A stretch of DNA of 64,000 nt from Rhizodiscina lignyota. Its lineage: Eukaryota. Below the pieces are notes generated by a model. The model did not search any database, was not told the DNA's origin, and saw only the letters and a program-made list of their open reading frames with translations. Position numbers and translations under genes: made by a program. This document shows, one piece after another, positions 47,739-58,808 of this stretch (position 1 is its first letter; each line of letters opens with the position of its first letter). The stretch lies in contig ML978132.1 in assembly GCA_010015805.1 (NCBI GenBank), positions 682,001 to 746,000 on the forward strand. The letters run 5' to 3'.

Positions 47739-50426
47739 CTACTCCTCCCGCAGGATCGTCATGCTATCGGCCGTGTATGCCGTATTCGAGCTAACGCTCA
47801 ATCTTTGGAGACTACTCGCCAATGGAGAGCTAGGTGTGTGCCGTTTCGACTTCCCCTTCAAGGCACGAAGAACTTTTGCATGATCTGGAAATAAGAAAAG
47901 AAAGAACGTCAGTCGGCTTCATCACTTCCTATGACTCGCGGAAACTAATATAGCTGCTAGGATCGGAGATCGGGGACATATAGGTGATGGGTATAGGGTA
48001 CAAGAAAATAAAACATAAGGGTTGTGCTTACGTAGACCGCAGGCATTACAGAGGGTGTTTGGCCCATTGGGTCCTCGCCACCATCGCGGAGATTCTGCGC
48101 GATTACAGCTATGACATCTTGTTACAAGATCTGACCGAGATTGGTGAACTCTTTTCGCGGATGATGAACTACTCCGGTCACCCTCACGTGCTCGTTTCTC
48201 CCCAGCCCTAGAATGATCGCGTCCTTGATCGCCGCCTTGCGGATTTCTGTACATCCAGAGCTTCTGATCGGCCATGGCCATCGTTGGATCCTCAGAATCC
48301 TGGATGTGGGTTGGGGTCGGTACGCGAGTGTCGTGGAATTCCTCCTCTCGGCGGCCTTCCCTTGGAAGTGGCGCCACTATATCAGAGTTAGTGTCACCAG
48401 ATCTTGGGTACGATGTTTCCCAGCCAGAAAGAGAGAATATCCGACGGCGTTCTCTGGGCAGTCGAGCTCTGAAATCATAGAGAAAAGGCGAGGCCCCGAA
48501 GTTTGTTTCGATGAGCGCATTGTCTTGCATGCCCACAGTTGGGAAGATCACACGCTCTGACCGGTCGGGGTAGAAGAAGAAGTCTGATCTGAAAAAGCCT
48601 GACGAAGTTAGCTTTACGCTAGTAAATGACTCAGAAAATGGTGCTTGAGCTACCAAGGTGTTGGCCATTCTTTGTAAAATAGCCGAGCTCCCCATAACGC
48701 CCACATCCAATTGTATCTCCGGTGGCAAAACATGGGCCATAGTCGTCTCCTTGGTTATCGTTGGAGTACAAACGGCCGTCATCTCCATGGTATGCAACTG
48801 AATCGTCTCTCCAGCCAGGCAGCTGGGCCAAATCAGCACCTCCCTCGGAGAGGCCGATACAAACAACCCTAGAAGCATGAGCAAATACCATCACAGTGAG
48901 TATAAATGATCGTACTCATTGATTTTGCCGCTAAAGAGTATCTTAATCTCAAAGTAAGAGAAATTGTCGATGCCTGTAGATAAAGGTTCTGTTGCTTGGA
49001 CAGACCATCCGACGGAAACGAGATCTTCGTAATCCGGGATTGTATCAATTGGTCCATTATAGCGGACACTGAGTCCGTCGGACAATATCCGCAGATTACT
49101 ATTGCAATGCATGGGGTTCCATTTCACTGGTGCTTTCAACATCAGTCTGACTCGAGAGTACTTGTTAATCACAACATGTGGATCGGGCGCTCCGAAATTT
49201 TCCTCGAGCATACTGTCTCCATCGTCATCCGTAGAGTCTCCAGGATGCTGCGGCTGGCGTCGCTTGTGAGGGTTACCGGAAGACTTCTTTGATCGGTCTT
49301 TGAGACGATTCTCAATCTTGCCCCGCCCTATCGGTTTATCCAAGGGTTGAATCCGTCTGTAAGTTTTCTCGCAGCGTTCACTTAATCAGTCAGCAAGACG
49401 TCTCAGCCGTACGAGCAGGCCTCACCATTCAACTTCTTGGTCCATCTCTGCATCATTCACGTACTCACAATACGGACATGCGTTCTTTGGCCCCGCCGAT
49501 GCGTCGTTGAAGATCATACTCATATGAACCCTTTGACCTGCGCGAAACCAGTGTTTCCAATTCAACTCTGGATTAATATCCCGCTTTGATTGGATATCTT
49601 GCATAGCAAATTCGCCGGCTTGAATTTTAAATGCTCCCTCTTCATCGAAGCGCTCTTCCAGAAGCCGCAAAAACCATTTTGAAGAGGTGATGAACGTCAA
49701 ATCAATGGCCATCATCTCTCCGCACGCGTCTGAAAAGTAGACAGGTTGCTGGCGCAAAACCTGAGGAGGAATGACTGTAGACATGGACAGATGTTTTGTG
49801 AGAGTCGTCAACAACTCTAGCAACTTTTGGCACTGGTGGGAGCCCTCGGACTTCATCTCCGCTACAGCTGCAACCAAGGTTGTTAGCATTTCTCCATGAA
49901 CGGTTGTCAGTTCGTTCGTGCGTTTGAGGTCATTGGCAAGCGTTGCAGTTGCAGTTCGAATGTCTGTCTGTACTTGGAAATTGCGTTGTATTTGGAATGC
50001 ATTCAGAAGGAGGTTGATCAGGTTTGTGTAGCTGTGAAGAGTGATTCGTAGCTCCTGGACGTCTTCTCGTCGGTACAGTTGCCATTGGACCTTCTTGACT
50101 GCGCCGCACCACCATTTCTCGGATTTCTCGGAGGTGAATGTAGATTCGAATTTTGAGTTCTTTGCTAAGAACGCGACAATGATCTCCTCACATTGTGAGG
50201 CCACGACCTTAATCGCATCCAGATGTCCCTTTAGTTCAGTCGGAATCTGCGGTATCTGAAGATCGTTGATGGTTTTGAGAGTCACTTCGAGGTTTTGGAG
50301 TTCCTCTCGGAGCTGGTGGAAATGAGCTCTCGACCCCGCGCTTGATTTGAGCGCCTGTCCGACATGGTGGACGAAATCAATACCAGCTATGAAATCCCCA
50401 ACGGAAACCCCGAAGGGTAAAACCAT
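47739..50426 (-). CDS. Multidomain protein: STAND/NLR-type fungal N-terminal helical domain + ubiquitin-like domain + C4 Zn ribbon + SPRY + GATA zinc finger (797 aa)
   Basis: Exons 50426-49426, 49380-48916, 48868-48654, 48598-48032, 47884-47739; all introns GT-AG, total 798 codons. Motifs FGVSVGDFIAG; QQPVYFSDACG..GQRVHMSMIF; CPYC-x13-CERC; YFEIKI..LPGW..YHGDDG..YGP..GDTIGCG..FTKNG..FPTVG..NFG; CHSC-x18-CNAC. Confidence 0.85.
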
Positions 50427-51501
50427 ATTCACTCAAAGTAGGACGCGATACGTGACATGAGGGAAGGTTGAAGAACTTGATCTGAGTCCTATCGCGGATA
50501 CTTAAAAACTACGATCCTGAACCGAAACAACAGCCTCGTCCTGATTTGGCGTGGCGGAGTTTCCTGCCAGGTGCTGTGGAACTGTGTTTGTGGAGCTCAG
50601 CCACTTTGTGACTTGTCATATAAAGTTGCTCGTATCGCCCCTGCCCCTCTGCAGTGGGCCGAGAGTACCCGGAGATTAGCGGACTTGGGTACTTCAAGCA
50701 CCCAAGCTTCGGTACAACGGTGCCTAGATATTAGGTGTGCAGCGCTCGCTCGCTTAGGCAAGTGTGGGACTCCTCGTAGCTATCTCGCAAGCAACCTCTG
50801 CGCATATTGTAACTTTAACTGTCCAAATAGAGTTAAGTTGCAATCAGTTTGAGTAGGCAGACCGCCTTCAGGCTTGGAGATGTCAGCTAGAGAGCTGTTT
50901 AGAAGCAGTAAAGGATTCAGATAGATTTCGGTTCCCGTTGACCTATCACAGCGCCAGACGCGTCTGGTAGTGAAGAGAAAACGATTGTCGAAAGTGGGTT
51001 TTAACAGGTATGAAGGAGCAGAGACGTGACAGAAGCTCGACATGTACGCCACGCATGCAGCTACTCCTGAAAGCAATTGAGGTGAAGTGAATGGCAATTG
51101 TGAAAGTCGATATGAATTTCCCATCAAAAGTTTATGCCCATCACGCAACCTTATAGGGATTAGCGTGTGACTGCGCATTGATTCCTTTTTCTGCACCCCA
51201 GGGCCTAAGGAGCCCCTGCAACGCGTCGTGGGCAATCAAGGTTTCCCGTCGAGCCGCTGAAAGCGAGGCCAGTGACGTTGGACTGTTATAATTCTCCCGC
51301 CAAAATGAATGTTAACTCTATTCCTTACGTCCCGAGCACCTCTCGATTATATTTCGTCCCATTCTTGAGCCAACCCACGATTGAAGGGACTCAGTTACAT
51401 TCGGTCGATTCACCTGGATGACGCCAATTGACATTTGAGCACTCGATGAAAGGATCGAGCACACCCACATTCCTACACGATAACGAAAGCTTAAGATAAC
51501 A

Positions 51502-53867
51502 ATGTCTTCTTCAGGACCTACATCGCAGCCCAATACCTTCGGCAATCACCTTGGTCGCGTTAATTCTGTTGGTAGTAGCAGATCGAATGGAAGCTCGTCT
51601 CCGAAACAATACCGCATTGCGAACCTCAAAGGCTTCCTCCCTCTCAACGAGACGACCGGTGCCTCGGCGCTCTCAACGCGTGGCCAGAACCTTCCATATC
51701 TCCTCGGCACCGGCATAACGAGGAAGAATTCAGGGATATGGTACCACGAACATGAAGCTGAAAGCTCAAGCGTTGACTTGCGCAATGGACTGGGCATGAC
51801 AATGGGGTTTGGGATGCCAACGAGCTTACCACAGTCCGAGCGGCCGAGTCGCAGGGAGAGCTTTGACCGACCACATAGGCGTGGCCGAGAAGACGATGAA
51901 GGGAGCTTAGAAGACGGTGGCTTAGGGATGACAATGGGGTTTGGGAGAGACTCGTTGGGTGCTGCTCAGCGGCGAATGAGTTTCACACAGGACGAGAGGG
52001 CGCAGATCTTGATGGCACCGGAGATGAGAAGTCAACGTTTGATCGGGAACAGTAATCCGAGATATCGGTGGGAGCAATATTGGAAGACTGAAGAAGAGTT
52101 GAAAGCAATGAAAAAACCCATGTAAGTTGGTCCAAGGTTATCTTCACCGGAGCAGACGGATTGTGGCATAATAGCGTGGAGGTTGGCAAATCCAAATTGT
52201 CGTACTCGAAATGATTGAGTGCATCATCTCAGTGCCGACTAAACGGAACCAATGCGATCTAGCGGTAGTCGAACGTAATTTCATGGGTATGATACAGAAA
52301 GCTAACAAGCAAGAATAGACGAAAATACTACGAACGCAACAATGAGCTCATCCAGCAATACACTTTCATAGATAAGCTGCTCGACAGCTCACTGCCACAC
52401 GACCTTATTCAGGAGTATCACAACGCTGCGATTTCCGCATCCCTACCAAACATACCCGAGACCATCACCGAAGAAGCCGCCTCACCGCAGCCAATGCCGG
52501 GCACGCCAATATCGCCGAATGGTAAGCCACTTACATTCTACATTCTCACTTCATATGCACCTTTTGAGAAATATGGGAGTGTGGCCAAGATCGAGGTTTA
52601 CTCAATGTACGCCGGAGATATATGTTTGACAGGCAGGATTCATGGCATGCAGTAGTGCCGACTTGTTATTTTGAAACTTCAATGCTAATGTTATACGTGC
52701 ATTTCAAGGGAATCCACCAGATGGCCAAGCCCCGAAGATTAAACGTACGCCAAAGAATCTCTACAAACTTCCGCAGCCGAACCAGCAACCGAGCCCAGTG
52801 GAGGAAACGGAGAACACGCCATTGCTCAAAGCCAATCCAGACGACCTCGAAAATCCTTCACCGACCCCACCAATGCCAGACTGGGAACCAGAGGAAGAAG
52901 CAGACTCGAATAGTCGCATTGTGTCAGTTGCGATTTTCATCAATCTCGTGGCCAATACAGTATTGCTCGTACTGAAGATCATCGTTACATTGATGACTTC
53001 CTCAGTATCAGTCCTAGCATCCATGGTGGATGCGGCACTTGACTTCCTCAGTACTGCTATCGTATTTATTACAACACGTATCATCAGCCGGAAATCAGCC
53101 CATGATAAAGAGAAGTATCCGGTCGGAAGGCGAAGATTGGAGCCGATCGGCGTTCTTGTATTCTCCGTCATCATGGTTACCGCCTTTGTTCAAGTAGCAC
53201 TGGAAGGCTTGGGCAGATTGACGAGCGGCCGAAAAGAGGCAGTTCAACTAAGCCCCAGCGCCATTGCGATCATGTCTAGCACTGTTGTCATTAAAGGACT
53301 CTGCTGGCTGTGGTGCAAGGCCATCAAGAACTCTTCTGTCCAAGCACTGGCGCAGGACGCCATGACGGACGTGGTCTTCAACGTCTTCTCCATCATCTTC
53401 CCCTTGATAGGCTACTACGCAGACATCTGGTTCCTTGATCCGGTCGGTGGTATCCTGCTCTCCGGATACGTCATCCTCAACTGGTCATTTACCTGCTCCT
53501 TCCATATCTCCCAGCTCACCGGTGCCGCTGCGTCCGCCGATCAGCGGAACGTCCTGCTATATCTAACTATGCGTTTTGCAAAGACGATCAAGCATATTCA
53601 GGGATTGACTGCATATCATGCGGGAGATAAGCTGAACGTTGAAGTTGACGTGGTGCTGGATGAGAATATGAGTTTGAGGGACAGCCATGACTTGGGAGAG
53701 AGCTTGCAGTATGTGCTGGAGAGTGTACCGTATGTGGATCGGGCATTTGTGCATGCGGATTATGCTCGATACAACGTAAGTTCTGAATTGGCAGTTTCAA
53801 GCTTCAATGGATATAATGGGCTGACGTTGCACAGTTACCAAGTCACATGGAACAGCAAGAGGATTGA
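51502..53867 (+). CDS. Cation diffusion facilitator, Mn-CDF (MTP8-11-like) transporter (640 aa)
   Basis: Exons 51502-52121, 52319-52521, 52709-53775, 53835-53867. SMVDAALD (TM2 DxxxD), YPVGRRRLEPIG, QDAMTD (TM5 DxxxD), C-terminal HDLGESLQ..VDRAFVHAD. Confidence 0.92.
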
Positions 53868-54409
53868 GATGATAATTTTCTGTCGTCCGGAGACGATGAA
53901 CCTCGTATTTGATAAACTTTGAGATACCCAGAACTAATGCTCTACCAACGTCTATATCCTGGCAGTGGAATTCAGTTGGATGCCGCTCCAAGTATGCTTC
54001 TCAGCGGATGTTTACATCGCTCACGAGATACAGCACATGTAACCCATTATTGCTTCTTGCCCACTCCTTCCAACGCGTTATAAGCTTCTTTGCACTGTCG
54101 TCCAGCTGTTCTTCCGCAGCAATCGTACAAACGGATAAGCTCTAACGAGAAGTAGGACGACCTTCTTTCCAAAACAGGAAGGTAGTCAGATAAATGTCAA
54201 TGGCTGCTCAGATACCCCTTATTCCGCTGAAATCACACTATTGCGTGAGCACTATTAGCAATCGAGAGTGCTCTTCTTTCAACGCAATTGGATAGAGGGT
54301 TACGCGATGGCAAGAACAGGGATGACCTTTCGTCTAAGCAACAGCGCAGTCAAGCGAACGTCAACATTAACTTAGATAACCCGTCTTCTGTTGCAATCAG
54401 CCTGCGATG

Positions 54410-54445
54410 GAATGCTGATAGCAATTGAATGCTGATAGCAATTGA
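54410..54445. repeat. Perfect 17-bp tandem duplication
   Basis: GAATGCTGATAGCAATT x2, followed by GA. Confidence 0.85.
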
Positions 54446-54634
54446 GAAAGCTGTTCATCTGTGGCGATCATACTGCTGATTAAGCGGCAGCATGAAATGG
54501 TATCACCTCTCTTCCAAAGCAATAGGATAGAGTGCTAGGTTCATAAAGTATACAATTGCTTGTTCTATCTAGGTATCCCCAATGCGTGCCCAACGGCATA
54601 TGCCCCTTTGTACACCTCTCGTAAACACCACCTA

Positions 54635-55321
54635 TCAAGCTTCAGTAGCTTCGGTATCAACATCACTGGAGTCTGATCCATCAGAAGCAACATAACTGCT
54701 CGCCGAACTCACGTTGTCGTAGTAGGTAGCATCTGCAGTTAGTAGGAGCCATTGTATGCACGTGTGGGTAACACAAGGGAGCCTTACGGGTTGTTCCATC
54801 TCATCGAACTTCTGCGCTGCAGAGCCGAGTGGGGAGTGCGTCCCATGACCGCGCCGCACGACGTACCGAACAGCAATGTCCCGAAGGCAGTTGATGTACT
54901 CGATGCGGGCGATGACCGCATTGCTAAGCTTCTCCCATGCCTCAACCAACTCCAGCGCGGTCGCGCGAGTGATCGGCTCCTGAGACGCGACAATTGGGCC
55001 TTCGTGCCTCACGACGGGAGTGATGTATCCGGTGCCGTTTTCGTACATCTGAGCATATATGTTGTAGACAAGGCCATCCGTCTCGAGCACATCTGGAATT
55101 TCGAGTATGAGAAGGCTCTGCTTCATCGTGACATGTTTGTACGGTGTGGATTGGTTGAAGTAAACAGGTACGTTCACAACTTCTGTCTGTTGCTCGCCAT
55201 CGATGTATTCGCGGAGCTTCACTTCGCTGGTGTCTCCAAACTCGGCGAGCTGGAACCAAATATCGATCGCGCGGTCGCTAGGGAAGTTGTAGTCGAGAAA
55301 TTCTTCCAGCGGAGTCGACAT
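54635..55321 (-). CDS. Hypothetical protein (228 aa), acidic
   Basis: Uninterrupted ORF with coding-like composition, ATG in ACGATG context after a pyrimidine-rich leader. No recognised domain. Confidence 0.6.
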   Translation of the reverse strand: MSTPLEEFLDYNFPSDRAIDIWFQLAEFGDTSEVKLREYIDGEQQTEVVNVPVYFNQSTPYKHVTMKQSLLILEIPDVLETDGLVYNIYAQMYENGTGYITPVVRHEGPIVASQEPITRATALELVEAWEKLSNAVIARIEYINCLRDIAVRYVVRRGHGTHSPLGSAAQKFDEMEQPVRLPCVTHTCIQWLLLTADATYYDNVSSASSYVASDGSDSSDVDTEATEA

Positions 55322-55821
55322 CGTGAGCGAGGATGATGGAAGGTCCTGAGATTTCGACGCAGGAGTTGTTGAGAGTAAGTGTGCGAAGAGAGCGGAAATC
55401 GAAGAGTAGGGAGGGTGTTGGCAAAGGAAGAAGCTCCAGGAAGCTTGTATATCGTAATGAGTAGCTCTATTCACTCGAGACTGCGCGACCGGAACGTCGA
55501 CTAGAGGGCAAAACCGAACGTCTCTGCGCGCTTCACTGAAATAAAGCTCGGAAGATACCAGACTGCCGTTAATTACCCATTAAATCCAAGGAATTTGGTT
55601 GCATGACGGACGTTTTCGTGTGAACTGCGGAAATCGTAAGTCGGAAGCACCCACTTGTGTCACTATTGACCACCTGGAATCACTGGCCGAATTTGGAAGT
55701 TTCTTGAGGTCTGGACCCCGCGATCATAACACATATCGCATGCCTTGAGACATCCTCTTGGAAAGAAAGCGATACCGTGAACAGACGCGGTGGTCTCCGC
55801 TTGGTGCGTTGCTTGTTTCGC

Positions 55822-57272
55822 CTATGCTTTCCACTTCCAGCACTTCTTGTCCCAGGCATCAAATCCTCTGACCCCAATAACACAGAGACTGCTACCAAGT
55901 AGTAGCGCCGTATCGTACCAAATCACGCCTTTAAATTGGCCGGACATCTCTTTTCCTCTCCCTTCTCCCAGAATCACACCTCCAACCGGGCTTCCAAAGA
56001 ACGCTCCGAGACCTCTAACGAAGTAGATAAAACCGTTAACAGATGCATATGCCTGGATTCCGAACACTTCGGTAATTGTCGTTGGAAATAATGCATTATA
56101 TCCACCAGCCGTCAGTCCATACAGCACGACGAAGGAGATCCACAAACCCTTCGCGCCTTCTCCTGCCATAGCACTACCTAGCCAGAGCACTCCCACAGAT
56201 AGTGCTGATGCAAGAACAGATAAGACAAGCGTGTTCTGGCGGCCCATCTTGTCCGCTACAGCACCCATGAGGATTCGACTGACGCTGTTGACACCGTTGT
56301 TAAGCGACAACAGAAGTGCTCCGAATGCTGCAGTGTAGCCAAGCGCGATACTGAACTCTGGCAGGAATGTCAGTGGAACAAAGTTGCCGCTAGCTTGCAA
56401 CAATGCTGCAGTTGCCTGCAGGATGAATGCGGGCTTCATTGCCAATTTCACATTTACCAGTGTTGGCCGTCTCGTGGAGCTTCGGCTCGGTGCTGCAGTG
56501 AGCGCAATCGGCATACCAATGACAAGGTTAACAAGCCCAATTGCACGAAGTGTCCATCGCGGTCCGACACTTGATAGAAGTGCGTTGGTAAGGGGCGAGA
56601 GCGCGAGTCCACCTATTCCAGCGCCGGACAGGATGATACCCATTGCTGCTCCGCGGTGGGTATCGAAATACTCTGGTGCTGTGCTCAGGATTGGGAAATA
56701 CAGTAACGACGAGCCGATTCCAGAGAGTAATCCTTGCGTGAGCAACAGGTGCCAGATCGACGAGCTGAAGCCGGCCAACGCATACCCTGCGCACATACAG
56801 GCAGCACCAGCTGTGGTAAGATAACGAGGGTCGCTACACCGGGCCATTAAGGGATTCACAAAGATAGATCCAGCCCAGGTCAGGCCAGCAGCGAGAGTGC
56901 CAATGAAGGCTACCAGCGCAGTATTTGCTGCTTCAGACGGCGACAGAATGGCGTTTGATTCGGAAGAGGAAGAGACGTAGTAGGATTGAAAGACGCCATA
57001 TGCTTGGTTGACTCCTTAACTTACTGTTAGCAGACTATCGAGCAGAGAGGAACACCGGAAATACCAATGGTAAGAAAGACTGCGAAGAAGCCCGAGACGA
57101 GGACAAGGAATTGTCTCCGTCGTGTTGTCGGGAGTAGCTCGTGAACAGTTGCTCGTGGCGATTGGCCCAATACTTCTTCTTCGGCATCATCCAGCTCATT
57201 GCCTACTAATATGCGATTACTGTACGATGAAGTAACCCCGAAGGATCGCAGTTCTATGTTTGTAGCTGACAT
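55822..57272 (-). CDS. MFS transporter, monocarboxylate porter (Mch-like) family (466 aa)
   Basis: Intron 57015-57064. GVNQAYGVFQSYY, LTQGLLSGIG, YFDTHRGAAMG, SRILMGAVADKMGRQN; about 12 TM helices. Confidence 0.92.
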
Positions 57273-58106
57273 GATGAAATCTCAGAAAACGGTGAAGCTC
57301 GAATTCAAAGATGAGAAACAAAGGAAGAGGAACCGCCAACTAATCTTGAGTGATTCAGGACAATAGGATGAAGAGTCATAATCGGGTCGACAGAGCCGAG
57401 TTTAGGGAGGCCAGCGCAAAGTCCATGGGAAAATGCGGGTTGAGGTTGGTGATCGGCACTTGGACAAGCTTGAGCCGATCGGCGGTTGTTATAATGTCGA
57501 GTCTAACCAAATACTGACATTCGCCCAAAGTCATACGAAAAGGGATATATGCTTATAGTATGAAGAAGTTCAGGGAAAAGCTGGCAATCTTCAAGGTTAG
57601 TGAAATTTGACAGTTAAGTACCGAATTCGGTGCCAGTACCTATCATTCGGGTTGCTGCGGCATACTGAGGAGGTGAAGTAGCAGTCGACATTATAGCTGC
57701 CCTGAATCGGGTAACAAAGCGGAAAACCCCCTTGGCGAGAGCTGCATTCACCACCACACCGTGCATACCAAAGAGCTGTTGTCCCCTTGATACCAAAGAA
57801 GGACATATCGAAAAAGCTTTTGTCACTCATGCTTGGAAACTCTGATTGAGGGGAAGCACGTTAATGTGTGCGTGGAGAGGTGCTGCTATATATTCGGCAA
57901 GCTAGCTGATAAAACATTCTGTCACGACACTCTATCTGATATCTCCGGAGACTTTTAAGCACGAGTTGACATTCGAATCTTATGTCATGGAGTTGCGCCG
58001 TCTTACGGGACATATCCGTTTCTCCCTTATTTCAGACTGTGCATGATCAGCAGCAGAAATTCGATTACGAGTTGGACTGTCAGTCCATTGATGAAAAGCT
58101 TTTGTC

Positions 58107-58808
58107 ATGGCTTCTACTACCAGTGGTGTTTTGGCTGCGCGACATGCAGAACCATCCGACTTACCAGCGCTGGTAAACGTATTCGCCAAATCCTTTCATC
58201 CAGTTTCTCCATTCATGCGTCGCGCATTTCCTGACACACCAATCATGAGGGAATGGTGGAAGAAGGTGCATACATTCGCTATCGACGATCCAGATGTTCG
58301 GCTTCTCATTGTTACCGATCTTTCGAGTGACTCTATAGTGGCACTCCTGAGATATAGAATTCACGGACCCAGCAGTGCAGATTTGGTAGTGGACGCAGGA
58401 ACGTGGTCACGCGTTCCACTTAGTGTAGATCACGACCATGAACTGTGCAACGCTTTCACAGACTTCCTGGCCGAGGGGAGACGAGTATTTATCGGAGGCC
58501 GTCCGCATATATTCGTCGAACTGTTAGCCACAGTGCATGAATTCAAAGGTCGAGGAGTGGGAAGATTGCTAATTGACACGATGTGTCGAGAAGCTGATCA
58601 GGCTGGCTGGCCGTGCTTCGTCGAGACAAATGGGGCCATCGTCAAGTTCTATGAGAAGTTTGGATTCAAGACAAAAGCCATGAAAGAGATGCCTGGGTCT
58701 TTTGGATATGAAGAATTCATCATGGTCCGTCCAGCAGGGCTGTGGTCACTCTACATGTGCCAATCCTCGGAGATGATTATCTGCGATGTCGCTGAGTTCC
58801 AAGACTGA
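58107..58808 (+). CDS. GNAT-family N-acetyltransferase
   Basis: LATVHEFKGRGVGRLLI (acetyl-CoA motif A), CFVET..AIVKFYEKFGF (motif B). Confidence 0.88.
   Translation: MASTTSGVLAARHAEPSDLPALVNVFAKSFHPVSPFMRRAFPDTPIMREWWKKVHTFAIDDPDVRLLIVTDLSSDSIVALLRYRIHGPSSADLVVDAGTWSRVPLSVDHDHELCNAFTDFLAEGRRVFIGGRPHIFVELLATVHEFKGRGVGRLLIDTMCREADQAGWPCFVETNGAIVKFYEKFGFKTKAMKEMPGSFGYEEFIMVRPAGLWSLYMCQSSEMIICDVAEFQD

Noticed and set aside
47905..47930. GTGATGA and CTGA (C/D box-like) in the last intron of the SPRY/GATA gene
   Set aside because: The boxes are only about 6 nt apart and the CTGA is part of the branch point; too short for a snoRNA.
50470..50500. GAACTTGATCTG resembles part of a TPP riboswitch
   Set aside because: The rest of the aptamer is missing, it is on the wrong strand for the adjacent gene, and no thiamine gene is nearby.
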